Of a stretch of DNA of 59,588 nucleotides, positions 8,345 to 17,496 are shown one piece after another (within the stretch, counting starts at the first letter, position 1; every line of letters begins with the position of its first letter). Source of the DNA: an uncultured Gammaproteobacteria bacterium (lineage in GTDB: Bacteria > Patescibacteriota > Microgenomatia > UBA8517). The stretch covers positions 69,833 to 129,420 of the forward strand of contig CAZIPM010000001.1 of assembly GCA_964541395.1 (NCBI GenBank), given 5' to 3'. Under the pieces are notes generated by a model that saw only the letters and a list, made by a program, of their open reading frames with translations, was not told the origin of the DNA and searched no databases. The position numbers and the translations under genes were made by a program.

Positions 8345-9880
8345 ATGAAAAGTTATTATAAATGGTTCTTTGCTATATTAATAATTCTCGGATTTGCTGA
8401 TTCGGTTTTTCTAACCTATGAACACTACGCATTAACTTCCTACGGATGTCCAATTAGTCCCTGGATAAACTGTTTGGCTGTAACCACTTCAAAATATTCC
8501 GAAATTTGGGGGGTTCCACTCTCACTTTTGGGAAGTCTTTACTATGCAGTATTGTTTTTCTTTTTGATGAAAAGTAAGGAAAAGATGTTCAGACATTTCT
8601 TTATCTTAGTTTCTTCTTTTGGAGTTTTATTTTCGCTATACCTTATTTACATCCAAATGTTTGCTATCGGACTATTTTGTTTATATTGTTTAGCATCTGC
8701 ACTAATTTCATTTTTAATCTTTATTTACACCTGGGTATTTTTCAGAAACGAATGGGATACTTTGGTAGTGGATACTATTGGGTACAAGTATAAATATATT
8801 TTAAAACCAATACTTTTTCTAATTGACGCGGAAGTAGTACATGAAAATATGGTAAAAATGGGAGAAAAAATCATTAATAGTAATTTTATTAAGAATATAT
8901 TTAAATTAGTTTTTGTTAAAAAATATAGTAATCTTAAACAAAAAATACAGGGATTAAGTTTTAAAACTCCAATTGGTCTTGCTGCTGGATTCGATTATGA
9001 AGCAAGACTTACCCAGGCATTACCATATATAGGTTTTGGCTTTCAAACAGTTGGAACAATAACTAATTCGCCATATATAGGAAACCCTAAACCAATGCTA
9101 GGAAGACTTCCTAAATCTAAATCTCTTCTGGTAAATAAAGGATTTAAAAATTTAGGTATTAAAGAAACACTACAAAGATTAAAAGGTAAAAAGTTTTTAT
9201 ACCCGGTCGGAGTTTCAATAGGAAGAACCAACTCCGTTGATCTTGATACTGTTGAAAAATCAATTGATGATATCATTTCGGCATTTAAATATGCGAAAAA
9301 CTCTAAGGTAAGTAATTCCTTTTTTGAACTTAACATAAGTTGCCCAAATATTATTCACGATGCAGGAATCAATTTTTATGATGTAAAGAATTTGGAAAAG
9401 CTATTGTTTCAGTTAGATTTATTAAAAATCAGAAGGCCTGTTTTTATAAAAATGCCGATAGACCAAGGAGATAGTCAGACACTCTCCATGTTAAAAGTAA
9501 TTGCTAAACATAGAGTTGCAGGAGTTATTTTTGGAAATTTACAGACTGATAAAAAACACAAGTTGTTGGTTAAAGATGAGATTAAGAAATTCAAAATGGG
9601 TAAATATTCGGGTAAACCTACATTTGAGGATTCCAATAGGTTAATAAAATTAGCTTATAAAAACTTTAAGGACAGATTTATAATTATTGGTACAGGTGGG
9701 GTCTTTAATGCAGATGATGCGTGGGTGAAGTTTGCAAACGGTGCAACACTGGTTCAGCTTATAACTGGAATGATTTTTGAAGGTCCTCAGCTTATAGCTC
9801 AGATAAACAGGGATTTATCAGTTAGATTGAAAAAAGAAGGATTTAAAAATATTGGCCAGATGATAGGTTCTAAAGTTTGA
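8345..9880 (+). CDS. pyrD: Fusion: VKOR family membrane thiol:quinone oxidoreductase (aa 1-135) + dihydroorotate dehydrogenase-like FMN enzyme (aa ~145-511)
   Basis: VKOR: C35-x7-C43, V..SKYS...GVP.S.LG, C112LYC115, four TM. DHODH: KPILFLIDAEVVHE, PIGLAAGFD, GTIT....GNPKP, NISCPN, SGKP, IIGTGGV, GATLVQLITG..FEGP. One uninterrupted ORF. Confidence 0.85.
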   Translation: MKSYYKWFFAILIILGFADSVFLTYEHYALTSYGCPISPWINCLAVTTSKYSEIWGVPLSLLGSLYYAVLFFFLMKSKEKMFRHFFILVSSFGVLFSLYLIYIQMFAIGLFCLYCLASALISFLIFIYTWVFFRNEWDTLVVDTIGYKYKYILKPILFLIDAEVVHENMVKMGEKIINSNFIKNIFKLVFVKKYSNLKQKIQGLSFKTPIGLAAGFDYEARLTQALPYIGFGFQTVGTITNSPYIGNPKPMLGRLPKSKSLLVNKGFKNLGIKETLQRLKGKKFLYPVGVSIGRTNSVDLDTVEKSIDDIISAFKYAKNSKVSNSFFELNISCPNIIHDAGINFYDVKNLEKLLFQLDLLKIRRPVFIKMPIDQGDSQTLSMLKVIAKHRVAGVIFGNLQTDKKHKLLVKDEIKKFKMGKYSGKPTFEDSNRLIKLAYKNFKDRFIIIGTGGVFNADDAWVKFANGATLVQLITGMIFEGPQLIAQINRDLSVRLKKEGFKNIGQMIGSKV

Positions 9881-10006
9881 TTATTTTTTCTTTTTTCTTT
9901 TGTCTCTCAGATCTAATTGATTGGCCACATAAATACCAATTACTAAAGCTAAAATTAATACCGCTACTGTCAAGTAAAAATATATTAAATTATCAGTATT
10001 TATCAT
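9881..10006 (-). CDS. 41-aa single-TM microprotein with basic tail (not in ORF track)
   Basis: MINTDNLIYFYLTVAVLILALVIGIYVANQLDLRDKRKKKK; its ATG overlaps the upstream stop (TAATG) and it fills the gap exactly. Confidence 0.65.
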   Translation of the reverse strand: MINTDNLIYFYLTVAVLILALVIGIYVANQLDLRDKRKKKK

Positions 10007-10188
10007 TATTTTTTTATCAAATATATACTTAATAACCAAGTTACACTTGATGATAGTATACCTAATACTAGCAACAAAAGACTGAACCTGTCAATAAAAA
10101 ATTGTAAAACAAAAGTAGCAAATAAAACTTGGGCAATATCTGAAAGAATATCTGAGATTTTATGCAGTCTTTCCTTAGTTATACGCAT
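10006..10188 (-). CDS. 60-aa two-TM small membrane protein
   Basis: Two hydrophobic segments; TGaTAATAT lies 7 nt upstream of ATG; coupled to the 41-aa ORF. Confidence 0.65.
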   Translation of the reverse strand: MRITKERLHKISDILSDIAQVLFATFVLQFFIDRFSLLLLVLGILSSSVTWLLSIYLIKK

Positions 10189-10229
10189 TTATCAAATATT
10201 ATCATATTTTTCAGGTATAATTATCCAAT
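10189..10229. promoter_or_regulatory. Divergent pair of putative -10 elements (leaderless-type starts)
   Basis: Plus: TATAAT 10216-10221, 8 nt before ATG 10230. Minus: TGaTAATAT 10204-10196, 7 nt before ATG 10188. Confidence 0.5.
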
Positions 10230-11285
10230 ATGAGGGTGGCGATTGTTACAGGATTAAACCGTTTTGGAGACAGTGTGCGTGGTATTGGAGTACACAAAAC
10301 TGAACTATTTAAAGCACTCAAAGGAGCAAGTGATGAAGATATTACGGCGCTGGATGTAAAATCCAATGACGATCTTTCTAAATTTGAGGGAGTACATTTT
10401 ACTTCATTCAAACCATTTTTTATTTCCCTACCATTACGGAAGCCAAAAAACACAAAATTTATTTTAACTATTCATGATCTTATCCCTCTTCTTTATCCGG
10501 AACACTACAAATCAGGTATTAAAGGTAAATTGAAGTTTTTGTTTAATAAATATATGATACAAAAGAATATTGATCAGATAATTACAATCTCTGAAACTTC
10601 AAAGAAAGATATTTGTAGACTACTTGGGGTAAATCCTGCGAAAGTTCATGTAATCTACCTTGGGCCAAAGGAAGAGTACAAACCAGTTACCGATAAAAAT
10701 AAACTGGCGGAAATTAAAAAGAAATTTTCTTTACCAAATACATTCGTTTTTTATTTTGGGGACATTAATTACAATAAAAACATTCCAACTCTGGTAAAAG
10801 CATGTGATAAAGCAAATATTCATCTAGTTATTGCAGGTAAACAGGCAGGAGATTTGGAATCTATGGATTTAAATCACCCTGAAAATTCACATTTAAAAGA
10901 AGTCTATGAAGATCTGTTAAATAAATCTAAAGTGACCAGGTTAGGGTATATCAGTGATGAAGATGCTAATGCGATTTTGAACCTGGCTGCTGTTTTGGTC
11001 CAGCCTTCTTTTTATGAAGGCTTTGGGTTGTCTGTAATCCACAGTTTTGCTTCGGGGTGTCCTGTCATCGCATCAAGAACCCAAGCATTGGTTGAGATTA
11101 TTGACGGTGCTGCAGTCTACTTTAATCCACACGACGTAAATGATCTGGCTGAGAAAATAAAATTGATGACTGAAGATAATAAGCTGAAAAAGCAATATAT
11201 CAAAAAAGGACTTGTCAGAGTAAAAATGTTCAGCTGGAAAAAGACTGCAGAAGAAACTTTAAAGGTGTATGACCTTGTACAGTGA
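10230..11285 (+). CDS. GT4 glycosyltransferase (mannosyltransferase-like)
   Basis: TIHDLIP, KNIPTL, PSFYEGFGL, ASGCPVI, FSWKKTAEETL. Confidence 0.9.
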   Translation: MRVAIVTGLNRFGDSVRGIGVHKTELFKALKGASDEDITALDVKSNDDLSKFEGVHFTSFKPFFISLPLRKPKNTKFILTIHDLIPLLYPEHYKSGIKGKLKFLFNKYMIQKNIDQIITISETSKKDICRLLGVNPAKVHVIYLGPKEEYKPVTDKNKLAEIKKKFSLPNTFVFYFGDINYNKNIPTLVKACDKANIHLVIAGKQAGDLESMDLNHPENSHLKEVYEDLLNKSKVTRLGYISDEDANAILNLAAVLVQPSFYEGFGLSVIHSFASGCPVIASRTQALVEIIDGAAVYFNPHDVNDLAEKIKLMTEDNKLKKQYIKKGLVRVKMFSWKKTAEETLKVYDLVQ

Positions 11286-11294
11286 CTTGAAACA

Positions 11295-12455
11295 ATGAAT
11301 AAATCAGACTTGGGGTTTGTAGTAAAAAGCTTCATTATCTGGAGGATTTTGATATTTCTACCAATATTTTTATCAAAGTATTTTTTTGAACTACAGAAGA
11401 ACTTTTTAGGAGGAGGTTTTTTAAATTATATTAAAAACCCTTATTTTTGGAGTTGGGCTAATTTTGACGGGGAGCATTATATTTCAATAGCTAAAATGGG
11501 TTATGGTAACGGGGAACAGGCATTCTTTCCTCTATATCCATATCTAATACGCTTAGTAAGTGACCTTTACGGTTTTAAAAACCCTGATTTACTGATCGCT
11601 ACAGGAATATTCATATCCAATGTCGCATTTTTCATGGCTTTAATAGGTTTATTTAAACTCATTTCTCTTGATTATTCAAAAAGAATAGCTAAATCGGCGA
11701 TAATATTTCTTCTGGTTTTCCCCACGTCATTTTACTTTGCAGGAGTCTATACAGAGAGTTTGTTTTTAATGCTGGTTGTTTGGAGCTTTTACTTCTTTAG
11801 ACAGGGTAATTACCTTCTTGCAGGCCTTCTGGGGGCTTCCTCAACAGCTTCCAGAGTGGTAGGGATAGTTTTGATGCCAATATTTCTATTCAGTTCTTAT
11901 AGGTACAAACTTCCATTATCCAGAAGTATATTTTCAATTATGTTTGTACCACTTGGGCTACTTGGGTATATGTATTACGGCTTTATAACTTGGGGGAACC
12001 CATTACAGTTTTTTACTTCCGCTGCAGGGTTTGGAGAGCAAAGATCAGAACATTTAATAATTCTTCCTCAGGTTTTTTATAGATACTTTGTTAAAATAAT
12101 TCCCAACCTTACTTGGGATTATTTTCCCGTTATTTTTACAACTCTTCTGGAACTAACTACGGCAATAGTATTTTTGGCAATGATCTTTTTTCTGTTTTAC
12201 CATCTAATAAGAGAAAAGAAGTTATTCAGATCAGACTATTGGTTATATTTGACAATTGGTTTTTTAATTCCCACTCTTTCGGGAAGTTTTTCATCCTTAC
12301 CCAGGTATGTTTTGGCCTTATTTCCAGCCTTTATCTACTTTGCAATGTATTCGCAGAAACTTAATAAATATATACTTCTTGGAATTTATCTGGGATTGGC
12401 TATAATTGCAGTTATAGCACAAATGCTCTTTGTGCGGGGTTATTTTGTTTCTTAA
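11295..12455 (+). CDS. PIG-V-like (GT76/Mannosyl_trans2) GT-C mannosyltransferase
   Basis: WANFDGEHY..IA..GY, AFFPLYP, FPTSFYF...YTESLFL, SLPRY..FP. Confidence 0.85.
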   Translation: MNKSDLGFVVKSFIIWRILIFLPIFLSKYFFELQKNFLGGGFLNYIKNPYFWSWANFDGEHYISIAKMGYGNGEQAFFPLYPYLIRLVSDLYGFKNPDLLIATGIFISNVAFFMALIGLFKLISLDYSKRIAKSAIIFLLVFPTSFYFAGVYTESLFLMLVVWSFYFFRQGNYLLAGLLGASSTASRVVGIVLMPIFLFSSYRYKLPLSRSIFSIMFVPLGLLGYMYYGFITWGNPLQFFTSAAGFGEQRSEHLIILPQVFYRYFVKIIPNLTWDYFPVIFTTLLELTTAIVFLAMIFFLFYHLIREKKLFRSDYWLYLTIGFLIPTLSGSFSSLPRYVLALFPAFIYFAMYSQKLNKYILLGIYLGLAIIAVIAQMLFVRGYFVS

Positions 12456-12457
12456 TT

Positions 12458-13414
12458 ATGAAAAACAACATGAAGAAAATAAATTATTTTTGGACAGGGA
12501 AAAAAGTATTGATAACAGGAGGACGTGGTTTTTTGGGTACGCATTTGATTAACCAATTAAAAATTTTTAGACCTAAATTAATCAAGATAGCTGATATTGA
12601 TAAATATGACCTTAGAAATTATCGTGACTGTGTAAGAGCTTCAAAAGGAATGGATGTAGTCATTCATCTTGCAGCTAAGGTGGGTGGAATAGGTTTTAAC
12701 AGGGAATTTCCGGCTGACTTGTTTGACGACAATATATTAATGGGTACTTTCATGATGAAAGCAGCCAAAGTAAATAAAGTCAAAAAATATGTTGCCTTGG
12801 GAACCATTTGTGCATACCCCAAATATACGCCCGTTCCATTTAAGGAAGAAAATTTGTGGGATGGTTACCCAGAAGAGACTAATGCCCCGTATGGTCTAGC
12901 CAAAAAAATGCAGTTGGTTCAGGCCCAAGCTTACAGACAACAGTTTGGCTTTAACGCCATTTTTCTATTACCTGTCAACTTATATGGGCCCGGTGACAAT
13001 TTCAACCCGAAATCCTCGCATGTAATTCCTGCTCTTGTAAAGAAATTTGTTGATGCTAAGAAAAAGGGAAATGAAGATGTTGAGGTATGGGGAACCGGAA
13101 AGGCAACGAGAGAATTCTTTTTTGTTGAGGACGCAGCACGAGGTATTTTACTGGCTGCTGAGAAATATAACGGATCAGATCCTATTAATTTGGGGGCGGG
13201 ATTTGAAATTTCTATTAAAGAACTTGTTGAAAAAATAAAAAAGATCACGGATTTTAAAGGGAAAATAATTTGGGACAAAAGTAAACCTGATGGACAACCC
13301 AGAAGAATGCTGGATACATCAAAGGCAAAGAAAGAATTTGGTTTTGGGGCTAAGACTGCATTTAATGATGGGTTGAAAAAGACAATTGAATGGTATGAAA
13401 AAAGCCTCAAATGA
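12458..13414 (+). CDS. fcl: GDP-L-fucose synthase-type epimerase/reductase
   Basis: TGGRGFLG, HLAAKVGGI, GTICAYP, YGLAK, PVNLYGPGDNF, SHVIPAL, WGTGKATREF, KPDGQPRR. Confidence 0.9.
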   Translation: MKNNMKKINYFWTGKKVLITGGRGFLGTHLINQLKIFRPKLIKIADIDKYDLRNYRDCVRASKGMDVVIHLAAKVGGIGFNREFPADLFDDNILMGTFMMKAAKVNKVKKYVALGTICAYPKYTPVPFKEENLWDGYPEETNAPYGLAKKMQLVQAQAYRQQFGFNAIFLLPVNLYGPGDNFNPKSSHVIPALVKKFVDAKKKGNEDVEVWGTGKATREFFFVEDAARGILLAAEKYNGSDPINLGAGFEISIKELVEKIKKITDFKGKIIWDKSKPDGQPRRMLDTSKAKKEFGFGAKTAFNDGLKKTIEWYEKSLK

Positions 13415-14088
13415 AAATTACAATAGTTACCCCCGTATATAATGAAGAGAAGAGAGTTGGATTATTCTTAAAACAGTTAAGATCTACAAAATACAAAATT
13501 GTTGTAGTCGATGATGGATCAACTGATGCTAGTTTAAAACAGATTAATAAAATAAAAAATAAAAATACAACTTTATTAGAACATAAAATTAACCTAGGTA
13601 AAGGTGCTGCTCTAAAAACAGGTTGTGAATATGCATTTAAAGAAGGGGCTGATGCTGTAATACTAATGGATTCTGATGGGCAACATAATGTAAACGATCT
13701 GTCCATTTTTGAAAAAAAATTACGAAGTGGTAAATATGATATTGTATTAGGATCAAGAAATCTTAATTTGGGAATTCCTCTGGATCGCTATGTAGGTAAT
13801 AAAATAGCTTCAGTTTTTGTAAGTCTATTGTTTAGGATATATGTCTCAGATATAATTTGCGGCTTCCGGGGGTTAACCAAAAAGGCTTACAAAAAAATAA
13901 ATTGGGAGTCAACAGGGTACGGTGTTGAGACTGAGATGGTAGTTAACATTAAAAGAAATGGCCTAACATATTGTGAAGTACCAGTGGAAACGATATACTA
14001 TAACAGTTTTAAAGGTGTTACGATCTGGGATTCTATCGGAGTTTTCGGTAGCGTAATGAAGTGGAAAGTTTTAAGTTTAAACAAATGA
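13411..14088 (+). CDS. GT2, polyprenol-phosphate glycosyltransferase (DPM1-like)
   Basis: PVYNEE, VVDDGSTD, NLGKGAAL, MDSDGQH, GSR, D..CGFR. Confidence 0.85.
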   Translation: MKITIVTPVYNEEKRVGLFLKQLRSTKYKIVVVDDGSTDASLKQINKIKNKNTTLLEHKINLGKGAALKTGCEYAFKEGADAVILMDSDGQHNVNDLSIFEKKLRSGKYDIVLGSRNLNLGIPLDRYVGNKIASVFVSLLFRIYVSDIICGFRGLTKKAYKKINWESTGYGVETEMVVNIKRNGLTYCEVPVETIYYNSFKGVTIWDSIGVFGSVMKWKVLSLNK

Positions 14089-14411
14089 TAATTGGACTTC
14101 AAATAACCGGATTTGTGTTTGCTCTAGCCATGATATATATGGCGATTGTTCATTACAAGAAAGGTTCATTGTCAGCTTTTGAAATGACTATTTGGCTATT
14201 TATTTGGGTGGTTGTTATCTTAGCTGTTGTTTTTCCTGAAATATTGAGGACCTATGCCCAGACATTTGCCGTATCACGGTTGTTTGACCTATTGGTGGCA
14301 GGTGGATTTATTGTTGTCATTACGCTTGTTTCAACTTCTTATGTTAAAACTAAAAAATTGGAAAAGAAATTGGAAGATTTGGTTAGACGTGAAGCGTTAA
14401 AGAAAAAATGA
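14085..14411 (+). CDS. DUF2304-like small membrane protein (partner of DPM1-like GT2)
   Basis: Three TM segments, VFP, C-terminal LE.LVR.EAL; ATGA overlap at 14085-14088. Confidence 0.75.
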   Translation: MIIGLQITGFVFALAMIYMAIVHYKKGSLSAFEMTIWLFIWVVVILAVVFPEILRTYAQTFAVSRLFDLLVAGGFIVVITLVSTSYVKTKKLEKKLEDLVRREALKKK

Positions 14412-15184
14412 AGACTCCTTTAATTTCTATAGTTATTCCTTCTTATAATAAGGTTAAATATATTGGTAAAACGCTAGAATCAATCGTAACACAATCATAT
14501 AAAAAGATTGAAGTTATTATACAGGACGGTGGATCTACTGATGGGACACTTGAGATTATAAAAAAATATTGTAGCAAATTTCCTTCTTTAATTGTTTATG
14601 AGACTAAAAAAGATAAGGGTCAACTTGATGCTGTTAATAAAGGGATGCTGAAGACTACCGGAGAATTAATTACTTTTATTAATGCAGATGATTGTTATGA
14701 ACAGGGTGCATTAGAAAAAGTTGCTAAGAGTTTTGAAAGAAACCCGAAATCTTTATGGTTTGCTGGAATGTCTAGGGTTGTAGATGAAAAAGATCAGGAA
14801 ATTGCCAAGTTAGTAACTTGGTATAAGAATATTTTATTAAAAATAAATAACTATAATTTACTTTTAATAACTAATTATATGATGCAACCATCTGTGTTTA
14901 TAACCAAAGCTGCATTTAATAAATATGGACCATTTACAGGAACCGATGAATTTATAATGGAGTATGATATGTGGCTTAGACTTGGTAAATATAAAATGCC
15001 TGTTATTTTAAAGATGAATTTATCCAAATTTAGAATTGAGTACACAACTAAAACTAAGCGAATTTTTAAAAAACTTTTAATTGAGGATGAAAAATTAGTA
15101 AACTATTACACTACAAATATTATTATTCTAATACTACATAAATTACATAATATTGGAAGGATATTTGTTGAAAAATTTGTATGA
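14408..15184 (+). CDS. GT2 glycosyltransferase (WcaE-like)
   Basis: SIVIPSYN, QDGGSTDGT, DKGQ.DAVNKG, INADD, QPSVF, EYDMWLR. Confidence 0.85.
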   Translation: MKTPLISIVIPSYNKVKYIGKTLESIVTQSYKKIEVIIQDGGSTDGTLEIIKKYCSKFPSLIVYETKKDKGQLDAVNKGMLKTTGELITFINADDCYEQGALEKVAKSFERNPKSLWFAGMSRVVDEKDQEIAKLVTWYKNILLKINNYNLLLITNYMMQPSVFITKAAFNKYGPFTGTDEFIMEYDMWLRLGKYKMPVILKMNLSKFRIEYTTKTKRIFKKLLIEDEKLVNYYTTNIIILILHKLHNIGRIFVEKFV

Positions 15185-16743
15185 TATTAGCTAATTTTAT
15201 AAAATATTTAAATCTGAAATTAATAAGTTTAGTATTAATACTCTCATTCTCATCATCTTTTATCTCATATTACCCATTATTAGTTTCCGGTCCGAAGGCG
15301 GTTTTTTCGAACTTTGAACCGCAGGTAGCATATATAGCTAATTCATTTAGTTATATGTATAGTGGAAAAATATCTTATTCTGCTCATCCTGGAACACCAA
15401 CAATTATTTTACATGCTTTGGCAATTGCTCCTCTTCGTATTTATACAAAATTTATAGAGAAGGTACCGTTTTACACTTGGGCAATTAATAACATACAGAG
15501 TCTTTTTTATTACCTAATTATAGTCCAATTGTTGGTTTACACGTTAGCAGTATCAATATTTCTGTTTTCTATATATAACATAACCAAAAAATATTTAGTT
15601 GTAGTATTTTCTTGGTTCGGACTTCTGGCATATTCTTATATGCCTTTTTTAGGAATTGTAATTCAGTCGGAGACTCTCTCCTTGCTGATAATTTCTATAT
15701 GGCTATTGATATTTACCAAATTTATACAAAAACGAAGTTTTTTAAATTACATTATTCTCTGTGCTCTATCGGGTTTAGCAGTAGCAAATAAACTTCCTAA
15801 TATATTTTTCATATTTTCCTCAATTCTGCAAGTATTTGCTTTTACTAAATTTACAGTTAAGTCAAAAATTAAAAATTTACTATTAGGATTATTTGTATCT
15901 ATTACCGTCTTTGTTATAGGTACTTGGCCTATTAGAGGTCAGTATAAAGGTCTTTTTACATGGATAGTTCAACTAGCTACAAGCAGTGGTGTTCATGGAG
16001 GTGGAGAAAAAACTATTTTTAGTTTAGCCAGATATTGGCAATCAATAGAAATATTTTGGATTCAAGAAAAAATACCTTTCTTGCTGGTTATTGGAACGCT
16101 TTTAGCATTTGTACTTTCAATTAGAAAGAATAATATAAAAGAAAGGACTCCTCTAATGATTTTACTTATAACTATTTCATTAGGTGTCGCTGTATTTCTA
16201 AAATATCCGCTTGTTCATTATCAACTATTACAATATACTGCCTTGCTTTTTGTTGCAAGTTATTTGCTATCCAGGATATTTAATCCAATTTTGATAATAA
16301 TAATAGGAATTCTTGCAATTTCTTCTTTAAATACTGCTACTCGGTATTTAAAATTCAACCTTGAGCAGATGGATAGGTCAATAAACTTGGAAAATTTTAT
16401 AATTAAGAACCCCCCAAAAAAAGGAACTGTATGGGAATTTGGAATGACGGAGGATTATACATTAATGCATATACGTGATTGGTCAGGAATTCCATTTGCA
16501 AATTTCCTAGAACAAGAACGACCAACATTATTCAATTTAACAACAGATATGTCTAAAGTCATCACGGGTTATGGGAAATATGAAGATCTTTTTAATGTAT
16601 GCTGGGATCAACTTTATATTCAAGGTACAGAGATAAAAAAATTTACAGCAAAATATCCAAATAAAATATTCAATTTTGTTCAAGTACCATACTCTACACG
16701 AGATATGTATATTTTATATTCTGATCATTGCACAAAGACGTGA
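15181..16743 (+). CDS. Polytopic membrane protein, probable GT-C glycosyltransferase
   Basis: E..Y in first loop, HPGTP, SE, GLAVANK; more than 10 TM plus a C-terminal soluble domain. Confidence 0.65.
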   Translation: MILANFIKYLNLKLISLVLILSFSSSFISYYPLLVSGPKAVFSNFEPQVAYIANSFSYMYSGKISYSAHPGTPTIILHALAIAPLRIYTKFIEKVPFYTWAINNIQSLFYYLIIVQLLVYTLAVSIFLFSIYNITKKYLVVVFSWFGLLAYSYMPFLGIVIQSETLSLLIISIWLLIFTKFIQKRSFLNYIILCALSGLAVANKLPNIFFIFSSILQVFAFTKFTVKSKIKNLLLGLFVSITVFVIGTWPIRGQYKGLFTWIVQLATSSGVHGGGEKTIFSLARYWQSIEIFWIQEKIPFLLVIGTLLAFVLSIRKNNIKERTPLMILLITISLGVAVFLKYPLVHYQLLQYTALLFVASYLLSRIFNPILIIIIGILAISSLNTATRYLKFNLEQMDRSINLENFIIKNPPKKGTVWEFGMTEDYTLMHIRDWSGIPFANFLEQERPTLFNLTTDMSKVITGYGKYEDLFNVCWDQLYIQGTEIKKFTAKYPNKIFNFVQVPYSTRDMYILYSDHCTKT

Positions 16744-16764
16744 CTATAATAATACATTTATATT

Positions 16765-17496
16765 ATGATTAATCAATTAACACCCTATCTTTTAGTAAAT
16801 AAATTATACTATAAGAATTTTACAGTCTATAAAAATTTATACTTTTTATATAAAAGAATTAAAGAAAGGGAAGAAGTGAGATTTTTGAATAGGAATATCA
16901 AACCTGAAATGAATATTATCGATGTGGGTGCAAATATCGGTTTCTATTCTTTAATTCTATCAGACCTAATTGGGTCGAAGGGTAATGTTTATAGTTTTGA
17001 ACCTGAAAAGAATAATTTTAATCACCTTAAAAAAATTTGTAGAAATAGGAAAAACATTCACTGTTTTAATTTGGCAGTAGGTGATATGGATAAAACAATA
17101 AATCTTTATGTTTCAAAAGAGTTAAATGTTGATCATCGTACGTTTGATAATAATGAAAAAAGAAAAATAACGCGAGTCAAATGCATCTCGATTGATAAGT
17201 TTTTCGAAAGAAAACACATAGATTTCATTAAAGTTGACACCCAGGGATTTGAGTTTAATGTCCTTAAGGGTATGTTAAAAACACTTAAATTATCAAAACG
17301 GATCCAAATATTGAGTGAATTATCAGTGTATGATATGAAAAAAGCAGGTGTAAATGCTAAAAAATATCTGGATTTAATTAAATCTTTAGGGTTTAAAATA
17401 ACGTATTTGGAAAAAGATTATAAAAAAAGATTATATGGAAATAACCAAAGCGATTTATCTTATGTAAATATAGTTGCCTCTAAAAAAATTAATTAA
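16765..17496 (+). CDS. FkbM family methyltransferase
   Basis: IDVGANIGFY, YSFEP, IKVDTQGFE. Confidence 0.9.
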   Translation: MINQLTPYLLVNKLYYKNFTVYKNLYFLYKRIKEREEVRFLNRNIKPEMNIIDVGANIGFYSLILSDLIGSKGNVYSFEPEKNNFNHLKKICRNRKNIHCFNLAVGDMDKTINLYVSKELNVDHRTFDNNEKRKITRVKCISIDKFFERKHIDFIKVDTQGFEFNVLKGMLKTLKLSKRIQILSELSVYDMKKAGVNAKKYLDLIKSLGFKITYLEKDYKKRLYGNNQSDLSYVNIVASKKIN

